NCBI GenBank assembly: GCA_973895155.1
Contig: OZ316893.1
Coordinates: 16,088,645 to 16,152,644 of the forward strand
Source: Marsupella aquatica
Taxonomy: Eukaryota; Plantae; Marchantiophyta
DNA length: 64,000 nucleotides
Direction of reading: 5' to 3'
Shown here: piece after piece, positions 1-12,520 of the stretch
Layout of the letters: each line of letters starts with the position of its first letter
How positions within the stretch are numbered: position 1 is the first letter of the stretch
The notes under the pieces: generated by a model
What the model was told of the DNA's origin: nothing
The model's database searches: none
What the model saw: the letters and a program-made list of their open reading frames with translations, nothing else
Position numbers and translations under genes: made by a program

Positions 1-3000
1 GGCACGCGTGATGTAATACCGCTTAACCCATGCTAAGCACTACAAAGTAGACTTAGAATCCGTAGTTATTAGCATAGCGACACAAATTAGCTAGTCATGA
101 TGTTTAGGAGCGTGTTATGGCCGTCTACCTTGGATCCGTATAACTGATCCAGAGGCGGCGCTCTAGCACGCCCTGACCCAAACTTGAGGGGTGGTTGGTA
201 CACTTTGGGCGTGAGGGGCTCGGCCTATCAGAGTAGGAGGAGCTGATCGGTCGATGCACCACAAGGGTATAAAAGGCAAGCTCTTCCCCGCCTCTAAATC
301 ACTAGTTCACTCTCCGCGCCAGCTTTGCTCTCATCTCCTCTATTTTCCCCTTAGTAATCCTGGGCACACCCTGCCATATGTCTGTCACGATTATGTCCAG
401 TTCTACCATTTGCTTTTGGTTTCAAGTTTTAAGCGTTGGTAACCATCTTGCGGCCTCGCTCGCAAAGCACAATCCACGCAAGTACAAAGCCAAAAAGTAG
501 TACAAACAACTTATATGTTTGAACGGGCATTCTCACTACAACAACAACCTTAACCTTCCATTCAAGAGCAAGTATTGTCGGGACGACAAGATAGCCAAGT
601 TCTTCTTTGAGGGAACAAAGTACCTTGGCTTTGGAGAAGCACTCCTCCAACTCCCGGACGAGGTTTACAAGATCCCGGGCATAGTGGACTTATAGCGCCA
701 TCACTTTGACAACATACTTGCTCGGGTGCAGTCCTTCCTTGATTGTTGGTTTGGTAATGACCTAAACCCGGGTGGACCATCGTCAACCTCAGCATCGCTC
801 GGCTTCCCTGCTGGAATGTTGGGCCCTATGGCACCTCCTCCAGCAACACCGGCGGCCAGTGCATAGGCGCAGACCCCACCCCGGGCATCCTCAAGCCGCT
901 CCCCACCACCAGTCGCACCGCTCGCTTGGGTACGATCTGTGGTGAATGCGGTGAACCTAAGCTCGGAGGATGAGGAGGTTCCTCCACCTCTTGTCTAGAA
1001 ACCACCAGGGATGCACCAACCCGGGATGGGTAACACATTGTCATCCCCACAAGCCCGAACCCGAGAGGCGGCCCCAGTAGACAACACGGTGACGGTTGCA
1101 GCCTCGACACCAGTTCTAACGGCGATAGCAATACCACCGCCAGATAGGGAAGAGGGGGAGATGTCCCCCTCCATGAGCCACCCCAAGAACCAATCTCGAA
1201 GTAGGAAGAGGAAGGAGCCAACTACAATATCTAGCTTACCCGTGGCCACCGTCGTAGTGGCCAAGTTGACCATGCAACGCATGGGGGAGAATGTCCACAA
1301 AAACATTCTCCACCCAAAGCATGCATCTTACCTGAAGACCCAAGGGTTTGAACACCTTGCCGCCCTCCCTTGGAACACTTGCAGGTACTACGGGCAAGAT
1401 ATGATGGAGTTCATCTAGAACTTTGACGAGGCCCGCCAACAAACCCGTGCGCATGGACGGGTAATGTCCCTAACCAAGGAGCGGCTGAAGCTCATCTTTG
1501 GTCTACCTGAGGGACAAAATCGGGTGGAATCACAAGCCCTGGGGGCAAGGGAGCAAAGTACCAATCTTCTAGCTTCCTGGCTGAGGGTTCGGTGGACAAC
1601 AGCTTCCTGATGAGGACATGCCTCATCCCAAAGATTGCAGAGCGGCTGGAGTTTCAGAGGTATGCCCTCCACATGATGGAGCCACAGGGTGAGATATTCG
1701 CCGCCCAGGTGATCCAGGTCAAGAACTACCAGCCTAGCAAGTGGGCTTCTTTCTTTGTCAAGAAGTTCCACAAGGAGATGGAACGACAAAGGAAAACCTT
1801 GTACCTCGGGGGAAGGCGTACCTTGCAAGCCACATCAAGATCATCATCAAGTGGTACGCCCGTTTCAATTGATGAACCATTCCGAGGTGCAACGAGCCAA
1901 ACTCACCCCGGCCAGGTGGGTCTTCCCGGCTTAGAAGAGGCGGCCACAACCCAAGAGCCAAAGACCAGCGGTTGTGGTGTCCACCCCGACCCCACAAACA
2001 ACTGTTGGGGCAACTTCTTCTATGCCGGACTCGACGGGTATTGCAACACTGGATGCCCAAAACCAGGTCCGTGCAATCACAGCTGATCGGGTTGAAGCTG
2101 GCCCCAAACCAGAGGCCATGATCCTGGAGGAAACCTTGGTACCCTCCGCACCTATACAAGCAGGTCCCCTTTTCCCTTCTGGAGACCTTCCCCCTCTACC
2201 CTTACCACCCCGGGGCTGGACATAACAATGCCGGCCTCTGCTTGAGTCGAGGTCTGTTCCTGCCCTACCCAAGTGGGCACAGCCTGGTGAACCCGGAACT
2301 CTTTGCACTGGGCACGTATTTGAATGGGTTGCTAGGCGACTTCTCCCAACAAGTTGGTCGGGACATGGGGGAGTTCATGGCCTGCAAGGTGGCTTACTTC
2401 TTCAACTAGGAGCCGGTGGCAATGGTGAATGCAGGGCAGGCTCAGGCCGAAGCCACAGCAAGGATTGAGCAATATCGGGTTGAGGCAACCCAACTATTAG
2501 ATGAAGCCTCAAGCCGAGATACCGAGCTGCAACTTCTCCGGCTTCAGCTTGCACCCGCTCTAGCCCAGGTCACCAATGCTGAAGCCAAGATTGCCTTGGC
2601 CGTACAAGCCGGAGCCGGAAAGGATGCCAAAAACTTGCGGCTCCGGGCCCAGATTGATAGCTTGAAGGGGCAAGCCATCATCTGGCAGAAGGACGTAGAG
2701 GAGGCCGACGCTCAGGCCCAAAGGGATATAGCCAAGGTGGATGCCCTAAAAGCGAAAGTGGCACAGCTTCTACAAGAAGCCACTAAGCAAGACCAACTGG
2801 TGGCGTAGCTGATGAGCGACGCCCAGCAGTTGGAAGAGGCGTGCTAGGAGGCCGCAGAGGAGACAAACACGGTGAGATGAGAGAACGAGTCTATCCTAGA
2901 CCAAGTCTAGATCCTCAAGCAGGACGTTGACCGACTGAGGAGACAGCGGGACAACCGCTCCAAATCCAGCTCGGGCGGTCTGGCAAACATGCCAGACATT

Positions 3001-3897
3001 AGCGGCATGACAAGTTTAGAATAGAGTAGGTTTAGCCAGGAAGGTTAGATGCTAAGGACAAGTGCCAAAAACTAGTTAGCGGCGCTGTCCTATCTGACCA
3101 ACCTTCTTTAGCATTGAATCTTAGAATGAGACACGTCGTTTTGCGGCCTGACAATTAGCTGAATTTAGGGTAGACTAGATTCGAGCATGTGGTCGTTCTT
3201 GGCCGTGGCTCTTAGTTAGTATTTAGTGCACCCCCCGATAGAGGCAAGGTGGATTTTAGGTTCAAAACCGGGTATCCGCAGGATGTGCGAGGACCTTATT
3301 GAATAAAAGAGCACCAAGGAGTGAGGGTACAACTAGTCTCGTCGGGTGAGTGCGGAGCCGGGCTCCGATTGAGTGTACACCTTCCTGCCGTTGGGCCTGT
3401 TTATTTCCAAAGAAGTCAAGTCAACTATGTATATGTGTATGACGGATTTTGAAGTAAAGTCTTTTCCCCATCATTTCCTTTGTGTAAACCGAGATTGTAT
3501 GTTGTGGACTCTGATGTAGTAATAAATCTTGTACGCGGGTAGAGAATGCTTGGCCGAACGCATTATACGACTTGTGCATGGGGTGAAGGCTGCGGATAGT
3601 GGTTGCGAGTCCGGGTTAGATACCCGTATCATTGGATCCGGATTGGAGGTAGATAGCACGAAGGCTTAGAAGTCCTTAAGCCGGGGTCGATCTAGCTATA
3701 GACTTAAGGTACGTTCCGACAATGGAACACAAAGTATACCTGTGATGCGTGTAAGAATAGGATCAGGCGCGGTTACCATCAAGTTACGAGAATAAAGTAC
3801 AGTTTGCACATCCCTCCTTGCCCGAAACCTCAATACTAATAGAGCTTATGGCCGCCTAAGCCAAAATCCGCGTAAGGATAAATCTTTTGGTGTGACA
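1..3897 (+). mobile_element. Element family X copy 1 (~3.9 kb solo-LTR-like element with an internal ORF); 5' end lies just upstream of the window
   Basis: Positions 1-820 align with the reverse complement of 42548-43390. The 3' end ...ATCTTTTGGTGTGACA (3897) is the reverse complement of 8875 TGTCACACCAAAAGAT. TATA-like GGGTATAAAAG at ~266. Confidence 0.8.
378..3019 (+). pseudogene. Degenerate X-family ORF: Pro-rich linker, plant-transposon/PMD-like helical domain (GFEHLAALPW...LIFGLPEG...KWASFFVKKFH) and C-terminal coiled coil
   Basis: ORF pieces 1011-1418, 1592-2086, 1974-2225 and 2416-2808 are broken by stops and frameshifts. The same peptide recurs at 4847-5299 (+) and 12815-13726 (-). 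Boundaries are approximate. Confidence 0.65.
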
Positions 3898-4211
3898 CAT
3901 GACAAGAAACAGGTTTACTAGCACTAGCAAAAATTTTCATGTTACCAGCAAAAAGTTACTATTACCAAGATGAAAATCTTTTTAACAATATCTCCTAAAA
4001 AGTCTCATTTTCCAAAAAAAAATTATAAACAATTTTTTTGGCTAGCTTTGGGTGCTACTATTACCAGGGCCGGGCGCTAGGTAAAGAAAGTTGTTGACAA
4101 AAAAAAATCCAAAAAAAAATTCAAAAAATTATCACTCATTTTTATGTTACCAGTTTTTGTTTCTTGTTACCAATTTTTGTTTCCTGTTATTGTTTGTTGT
4201 TTCCTATTGTT
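3898..4211 (+). mobile_element. AT-rich MITE-like element (family b), copy 1
   Basis: Inverted, diverged copy of 5749-6005. Termini resemble CACGACAGGAAACAG; repeated GAAACAG/CTGTT motifs. Confidence 0.55.
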
Positions 4212-5748
4212 TGTGAATAACTATGATCAACTTCCCCATGAAGTCTTCAAGATTCCTGGGACCATAGACTTGCAGCGACACCATTCAATGAGATACCTAC
4301 AACTGTACAGTCATTTGTCAACTGTTGGTTTGGCTCACCCCCAAGCCACCAAGGAAAACCTCCTAGTGCTCCACCACTGCTTGACTTGGCAGTAGGGACC
4401 TTAGCTCCCATGGCCCCTACTTCAATGGCCCGGACACCAAACCTTCCAATGGGCAGGCAACATCAAACGCCACCCCGGCCACCTTCCAGCCATTCACCAT
4501 CGCCAGTTTGGGTGCAATCTGTGGTGAATGCAATGAACCTGAGTTCAGACAAGGAATCCATCCCCCTTGTCCGCCAACCACCAGCTTCAAGGCAAGCCCC
4601 TGCAAGTACCACCCCACCACCCGAATAAGCCCAAACTGGGGCCCAAACTCAGGTGGTAACCCCAATGGATATAGCGGTCATGGTTTCCACCCCATTACCA
4701 ATACCAATGGCGGTAGCTATACCACCACATAATGAGAGAGAAGATGGGGAGTTCTTGCCCTTGGTGAGTCACCCCAAGAGTCATATTTGGGGTAGGAATA
4801 GGAAGGAGTTGGCCTTGAAGGCTAACTTACCCGTGGCCATTGTGTAGTGGCCAAACTCACCATGCATCGGATGGGGGAGAATGTCCACAAAAACATCCTC
4901 CATCTAAAGCATGGGGGTTATATTATGGCCCATGGGTTTGAGCACCTCATGGCCTTTCCCTGCAACACTTGCTGCTTAGCTAAGCAAGACATGACCAAGT
5001 TCATACAGAACTACAATGAAGCCCGTCAAGAAGTCCGCGCATAGGGGTGGGTGATGTCCTTGTCCAAGGCACAACTCAAGCTCATCTTTGGCTTACCTAA
5101 AGGGGCGGATAGGGTGGAATCCTGGGCACCAGGGGGCAAAGGAGCCAAGTACCACTCATCTAGTTTTACACCCAATGGATCAGTCGACAATGACTTTCCC
5201 TTGAGGACGTGCATAAGGCCAGAAGTTACAAAATGGCTCGAGTTCCAGCGGTATGCGCTTCACATGATGGAGCCACGAGGAGAAATATCCGCGTCTTAGG
5301 TGATTTAGGTGGAGAACTACTGGCCAAGGAAGTGGGCTTCTTTCTTTGCTAAAAGTTCCACAAGGAATGGAGCGGCGTAGAAAGACATTGTTCACCGGGG
5401 CAGGCGTACCTAGCCAGCCACATTGACATCATTTTGGAGTGGTGCGCCTGTTTTGATCAACGGACACTCCTGCGATGCAATGAGCCGGAGATCATCCTAG
5501 CCAGATTGGTCTTCCCAATGGAGAGGAGGCCCCAACCCAAAGCCAGGACCCTGGTACCCGCGGCCCCTATCCCCAGCCTGGGGCCGACCAATGAGGCCTC
5601 TTCTTTGTTGCCTGATACCGCGGTAATTGCAGCCTTAGAGGCGCAAAACCAAGATTGGGCAACCACCTTGGACAGCCCTCCTATGACTGATCCCGTACCC
5701 AAGGCCCCTACTATGGAGGAAGTTCCACCAACCATCACCCCACCTTCC

Positions 5749-6005
5749 CACGACTGGAAACAGCAAACAATAACAGGAAAATGAGTGGTAATTTTTTTGA
5801 AATTTTTTTTTGAAATTTTTTTTGGGGAAAAAAAAGATTTTTTTTCAAAATTTTAATTTTTTTGCTAGCGCCCAAAGCTAGCCAAAAAATGTTGTAATTT
5901 AAATTTTTTTGGAAAATGAGACTTTTTAGAAAATATTTTGACATGGTTATTTTTCCTGGTAACAGGAAAATTTTTGCTGGTACCAATAAACCTGTTTCCT
6001 GTTTA
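5749..6005 (-). mobile_element. AT-rich MITE-like element (family b), copy 2
   Basis: Begins CACGACTGGAAACAGCAAAC; its reverse complement matches 3898-4211 along most of its length. Confidence 0.55.
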
Positions 6006-6006
6006 C

Positions 6007-7334
6007 TGTCACGCGTGCCATACCCAATGTCCGGTGTGTGAGTGGTGAGGAAACATTGTGGAGAAGAGAGGTTCAAGCAATGTCGTGGGAAGGAAAACAG
6101 TGGACATGGTGGAGCATGGTGTAGGCGTCGTGTTGTATGTGAGGAAGTTGAGTTTTAAATTTTATGGAAACAAGGGAGTCCGATAACAGAGGGCGGTGAG
6201 AGTGAAAGCAATTGGCTGAATTTATGGACAATAGAACAATACCACGAGCAGTAACAAATTGAGCAAGGTAAATATTAAACTCTTGGGACATTAATCTTTG
6301 TAAAGATGAACAAGTGCTAAATGAGTGGCAGTGCAGTGGTGGAGATCGAGCAGTAGACATCAAAGCCAACAGAAATGGAAAAAATTGAAAACAAGATGCA
6401 AGCAACAATGGGGAAAATGCGGACTGAGCTGTTCTGAGCTAAAGACGTTGTGATGAGAGAATGAAATCCAGGAGGCAGTTTTATGAAGGAAACTGAGTTG
6501 TGAAGACATTAAGCTGAAATAGTAAGAGTGACGTGTTTAGAAGAAGAAAATAAGTGAGAGCTGCTAAGGAGAGAATGCAGACTACTTTGTGCTATTAAAA
6601 GAAGAAGAATTGTCGGACAAGAATGGCAAAACATACACTAAACCTAGAAAGAGAAGTATATTTATGGAATTAGCAAGGAAGTTTCAATTAGAAGTATGGG
6701 TTAGTAATTCATTTTTAATTTGATGTTATGGGGTTTTGCAAAAGAATACAAGTTGGATAAGTTGCACTCTTTTAGAGGGTAGAATCCAGTGATTGGAACA
6801 ATCTTCAAAATAGGGGCTGTCAGTTGCACAGAATTTGTTTGACTAAAGAGGGATTAGAGGAAGAAAGGCTGAATAGAAGAAATTAGGAAGGATGAGTTTA
6901 TATGCTTCTAGTTAGAGATTCTTTGTGTTATGGGACTGGGACTGCAAGAAGGGAAAGCAGGAAGGAAATAAACAGGAGTCACAAGAGGGAATGAGAAGTG
7001 GTGATGTTAATCACAAAAAAGAAGAGGCAAGGTGGAGATTGAAACTGTGTTCCAAGTGCCTGGGAGAAACCATTGATGACCTTGAGCCGACACCGGACCG
7101 TGACCTGAACTGACCTGACGTGAAAAGAGCATGGAACCCTTGAGCTAGAGAACGGTCAGCCAACAAAAAACTTGTGTAGCTTCAAACCTAAGTTTTTATA
7201 TTAATAAAGGAAGAAGTTAAGATGTTTGGTGTACCTTTGTTGTGAGTACAATGGGTTGTAAATAAATCAAAATGATGCTTGAGTAATTTTGATGACTGCA
7301 TTGGGTTGTAAATGAATGAAAATGATGCGTGAAT
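6007..7334. other. Unassigned purine-rich insert within X copy 2, probably a decayed transposon fragment
   Basis: Not homologous to X. Strong A/G strand skew and a short tandem duplication at ~7251-7345. No recognisable protein motif. Confidence 0.3.
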
Positions 7335-9743
7335 AATTTGGGTTACTCACCAACTTTTCCGAGGCGATCAGCCGCAATCTGGGAGAATTTTTGGCCCACA
7401 AGGTAGCCTACTTCTTCAAAACTGGTTGCGCTAGAAAAAATGCAAGCCACACCCAGGTTGAAGCAGAGAGGCGGGTTGACAGGTTTTGTGCCAATGCCAC
7501 CCAGCTCCTAGATGAAGCTTTGGCCAGGGAGACAGACTTGTAGCTCCTTTGGCCACAACTAACAACCGCCCTAAGCCAAGTAACTAAGGGAGAAGCACAA
7601 TTAGCTTTGGCACTTTAGGCCAACGCTGGCAAGGATGCCGAGATGCTTTGGGCACAGATTGACGGCCTAAAGGGACGGGAAATTGTGTGGCTGGAGGACG
7701 CCAAAGCCTAGGCCCAGAGAGACCCACAGCCAAAGTTGACACCTTCAAAGCCAATGTGGAGCGACTCCAACATCCAAAAGTTGGACAAGGCATGGCAGGA
7801 CGTGATGGAGGAGGCAGACGCATCCAAGTGGTAGTTTGACTCCCTCAATGAGCACGTCCGGCTGCTAAAGCGAACACTGATCGGCTGAGGAGTCAATGTG
7901 ACGTGCGGTCCGGGTCAGGCTTGGGTGGGTCTCACAAGTGCGCCAAACATTAGCAGTGGAGCTAGAATTAGAGTTAGAGTTAGAGTTAGGGTTAGGTAGA
8001 AGTGTTAGTGGCAAGGATGGGCACCAAAACTAGTTAGCGGTGCTGTCTTATCAGGCCGTCACCACTTAAAGGTAGAATCTTAGAATACAACGCGCCATTA
8101 GAACTCTGACGCTTGGATAGGACTTAAGGTTAGACTAGGATTTGCACTACTGGCCCAACCCAGTTCAGTGCACTTAGATAGTATTTAGTGCACCCCCAGG
8201 TAGGAGCAAGGGGGAAGATTATAGTTTAGACTTGGGTACCCGCATATGTGAGGGAAGTCCCGACCTTCAGTGATAGAGCAAACCAAGGGGTGACTGTACA
8301 ACTGAGCTTGTCGGGCAAGCACGGAGCTGGGCTCCATTCTAGTGTACAAGTTGCTGCCGTTGGCCTGCTATTTCTGTTGAAGTTGCGTCAACCATGTGTA
8401 TGTGTAAACCAAGCTTGATGAGTTAAGTCTTTTCCCACCATTTCCTTTTGTGTAAATTGAGACTGTATGTTGTGCTTTGTATGCATTGGATACAATAGTG
8501 TTGTCAGCGTTGAGCCGATGCAATATCTCAATATGCACTGGGTGCAAGCGGAGTTAAAGGCTGCAAGTTGGGTTTGGTGGATGCATCCAATATCCAGGGA
8601 CGGAAGGCAGGGACGCATGAAGGCTTAGAAGTCCTTAAGCTTGGACTGATTGGGGAATTGGACATGCATACGTTCTCACAACGGAAAATAAACTATACTT
8701 GAGGACTATATATGTATGGTAATGCGTACTTAGCACTAGTACGCTATAACTCGGGGGGTTCACTTCCACGGAAGTGACACATCACGTGCGACAAAATATA
8801 AGCCCATTTAAATGGGTGTGGCGGACTTGCAAAGTTTGGTCGAAGAACACACAGGGCATGTTTTATTGGCTGGTTGTCACACCAAAAGATCCGTCCTTAT
8901 GCAGGGTTTGGCTTAGGCTGGCATAAACTTCATTAGTATTGAGGTTTTGGGCAAGGAGGGATGCGCAAATGGTACTTTATTCCCGTAACTCGACGCTAAG
9001 CGCGCCCGATTTTACACTTACACACACCATAGGTATACTTTGGTTCCGCCGTCGGAACATATCTTAAGTCGATAGCTTGATCGACCCCGGCTTAAGGACT
9101 TCTAAGTCTTTGTGTTGTCTGCCTCAACCCGGATCCAATGATACGGGTATCCAACCTGGGCTTGCAACCTAATCTGTAGTTGACACTGTAATACAATAGT
9201 TATTCAGAATTACTGAGAAACTTTAAAATTTTGAATTTTTTGAGATAAGTAGTGATTCAACTCAGGTTATTTACACTAATTAAGAGCATCAGAGTAGCTA
9301 AGCCATCCCCAGGTACATTCCTATAGTTATATACTAAAACTAGTTACTTCTATTACCATGTCAAATTGGAGAATCGCAAAAGTAGCACAAGTGCTAATGC
9401 GCTTATGCACTCCGACGCTAATGCGCTTATGCACTCCGACGCTTATATGCTTATGCACTCATGCGCTTATGAGCCGCCCACTCTACCGGTAACTAAAAGT
9501 AACCGTTGACGACAAGGAGAGAGAGAGAGGGAGAGAGCAACTTATTAGGCCACCTGCTTGCGATGAACACTTCCATTCTCATGTTTTGATATTAAATGCC
9601 CAACCACAAAGATAGTGATACGCCCATACGCTATGGAGCTTATATGCTGATGTGCAATTACGCCAATGCGCCACAACGTTTTGCAACTTAGATTTCCCAG
9701 GCGATAGTGAATCAGATTTCAAGAGCTGTAGCTACAACTTGTC

Positions 9744-12185
9744 ATGGCGGACGTAGATGAGATGAGTTGCAACTCACCTGTCCTGAGGGCTGTCCCTGTA
9801 AAATACCTTGCACTTGAGAGAGATTCAATGTTACTGGCCGACGCCTTAGAAGTTATGCACCTGGGAAAACTCCTATCTATTCCATGGACTTTTGTATGCC
9901 CTAACTACTTGCGCAAGTTTGCCGATGGATCACACATACCAGAAGTATTTTAGGATACTGTACATAAGGGCGGATCCGGAGAAGTGGGACTTAGAGTTTG
10001 TTTTTGACACTTTTAGTTGTCCCTTTGAAGGTTGTGGTTTACAATCTAGAAAGAGTGCTTTGTCCAATCCAATGTTTGTTGGGATGAGAAATTCAAAAGC
10101 TGGATGGAAGCTTAATCAATGTATTGATTATACCTTCAAGATTATCCTTGAGTTTCTGGTACCAATTTTTCATCCCACTCGACCATACATGGTACCTGTA
10201 TCTTTGGCAAATACGTAATTTGTTACTTCATGGAAAGGACTTGCTAAAGTTAATTGGGGATTGCTACTGATTCAAACCATTCACAATCAAATCAATGTTG
10301 TACAGAATGGTAAGCCTACTTACCTTCAAGTTTACCTCAGTCAGCTCTATTGGTATGGGGATTTTTTACTCCCACATGAGAAGGCCAAAAGGATTGCATT
10401 ATTGGAGGAATTAGGCGTGGAACAATCAGAAACTGATTTGAAACCTGATGATCTGAGAGTGGAGGAACTCTCAAAAGCTGATGACCAGGGAACCATGTCA
10501 CCTGCCCCGGAACTTATGAATGAGGATATTAATCCTAATATTGAGATTATACCTTTCCATACCAATAGTAGTCCATTAGACCACCCTTCTCTCCCTATCA
10601 TCACTGCAAGTAATCCTACTCATCCAGAGAAATTGATTGATGGTGGGAATGTTGTTTTTAATCAACATGTAGTAGACAGTTTGTCTAGAATGCTGACTTG
10701 TGATCTAGATGAAATCCTCACCATTGTAGAAAGATTAAGGACTGCTTCTGTTACTCAACCATCACCAGCTTATAATTGTATCACTCCATACAGCCCCACT
10801 TCTATTTATTCATCGACACAAAGTCCTATTCAATCAAATTACCCATCCATTGAAGGACAATTAGAAACCCCTGGGACTACAGATCACCTCTCTCTGATAG
10901 ACATCCAGAATACAAACACCATTATGGGATCCCCAATAGATGAGAGATTACCACCACTGAGAATGGATCTTCAACAAATCATGTCCGACACTTCACCCCA
11001 ACATTCAGCTGAGTATTATTTTGATCTTGTGGGTGAGATGTGCAAAATGCTGGAGTGCGACTCTAATCATTTGGTTGAAGTTTTAGACGAGGTTATGTAT
11101 AGATTATCTAGTATTTCAAGCCACAACCCACATTTGGAATACTGTGAAGATCTTGTCCAGAGATTTACTCAAATGTTTGGCTGCAGCACTAAGCAAGTTT
11201 ATTCTATAGTTCGCTATCATACCTCAGCATCAGGTTCCCCAATTTATTATTCTAGCTTTCCCTCTAGCCACTCACCTACCTCTCCTTAGAGTCCTTCAAA
11301 TCAATCAAACCACCTTTTTCCTACTTTTCCAGAACCCGAGATTACTCCTGCAAGTGAACATCTTGCCATTTCTTACCCTGACACTCTTCCACTCAGTCAA
11401 GATAAATCATGCCAAGTCAATTACATTCCTACCCTGCATATTGACCCTAAGACTCCTCAAGAGAGTATTAAACAGTTTGCTGAATTTGTCAGAGTTTCAG
11501 ACCTTAGAACTCCTCTGATCTTAGAGTTTTGGAAGTATTATGATAAGAAGAGAGTTGAATGCCTCTATATCTTGAAACTTCCTTTGTTAGAAGTCACCCG
11601 TTTAGAGATAGCAGAGATGGATGAGATCTGGACAGAAGCTGAATGAGTCATGATCCTAGTTGGACACATTGTACTGGAGAATGGAGATCTAGCTTTAGCT
11701 TATTTTGGGAATCTACCTGCTTATGTCCTAGAGTTCATTATTGTCTTTGTAAGACAAACCAAGAGGAGGTTCCAGATGAATCATGAAGCTTCTCTAGTAC
11801 AACCTGTTGTCCTTCAACAATTTATTACTCCAATCACGAGAAGCAGAGGATCTGGAATAACATTACCTCTCAACGATTAACAGAGTACACCTTGAAGTGG
11901 TATGAACTCTTACCTAGAGTCACTCTACTTCTACCACTTGCTAGAGACTCTGAGACATTTATGGCCAGGTTTCCTCAAAACTATCATGCTACTTGCTTCA
12001 ATTACAACTTAATCGGTATTTACATGCAAGCCAGCAAGGTAAATACCATGCTACACTGGAGACTACTATTGACACCACGCCCAAGACATGGATGTAATTC
12101 AAGAAGCTATGCAGGAGAATACCTACACGAGAGTTCAGCAACCAGATCAGACAGCGCTACTCCAACAAGATTAGCTCTCATGTGA
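9744..12185 (+). pseudogene. Degenerate repeat-encoded protein of the liverwort transposon-associated family (LSIPW...IRADPEKW...EFLVPIFHPTRP...VNWG...LSQLY), on a ~3.3 kb insert (~9180-12512)
   Basis: ORF pieces 9744-9953, 9892-10218, 10261-11289 and 11650-12185 with stops and frameshifts. The motif order resembles multicopy Marchantia hypothetical proteins as recalled. The insert has GCTTATGCAC repeat clusters at ~9400-9470 and 12358-12515. Confidence 0.55.
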
Positions 12186-12438
12186 TAATAGTTCAACTGT
12201 ACAGATCTATGCAATTTTTATTAAATAGTTAAAGTAGCTAGAAAAGTCTCATACTTTTCCAAGAGGTAGCCCTTACGTAGTAAAACCTACCCTGAAAGTA
12301 TCGACTCAAACCGACATGTGCTTTGAAAGTTAAAAATGTTTTTGTTTTACTGTTTTCCGCTTATGCACCTATGCACCTATGTGCTTATGCGCCTATGTGC
12401 TTATGCACGACTTCTCCATAGAAGTTGATCGAGATGTT

Positions 12439-12520
12439 GGGTTGCTTATGTACATTCGCGCATAAGCACATAGGTGCATAGGTACATATGTGCTTATGCG
12501 CGAATGTACATAAGCAACCC
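12439..12520. repeat. Perfect 34-bp inverted repeat with a 14-nt loop
   Basis: GGGTTGCTTATGTACATTCGCGCATAAGCACATA (12439-12472) and its exact reverse complement (12487-12520). Confidence 0.9.

Noticed and set aside
3898-6005. Single foldback or MULE element bounded by long TIRs
   Set aside because: The interior is ordinary X sequence that continues beyond the right repeat, no shared TSD was found, and each arm has its own short termini. Two independent MITE copies fit better.
7966-7998. TTAGAG/TTAGGG telomeric seed
   Set aside because: Only a few units, located in the low-complexity tract after the X ORF stop.
1-8749. X copies 1 and 2 as the paired LTRs of one full-length retrotransposon
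   Set aside because: The copies are strongly diverged, nearly adjacent, and have no gag, pol or PBS between them.
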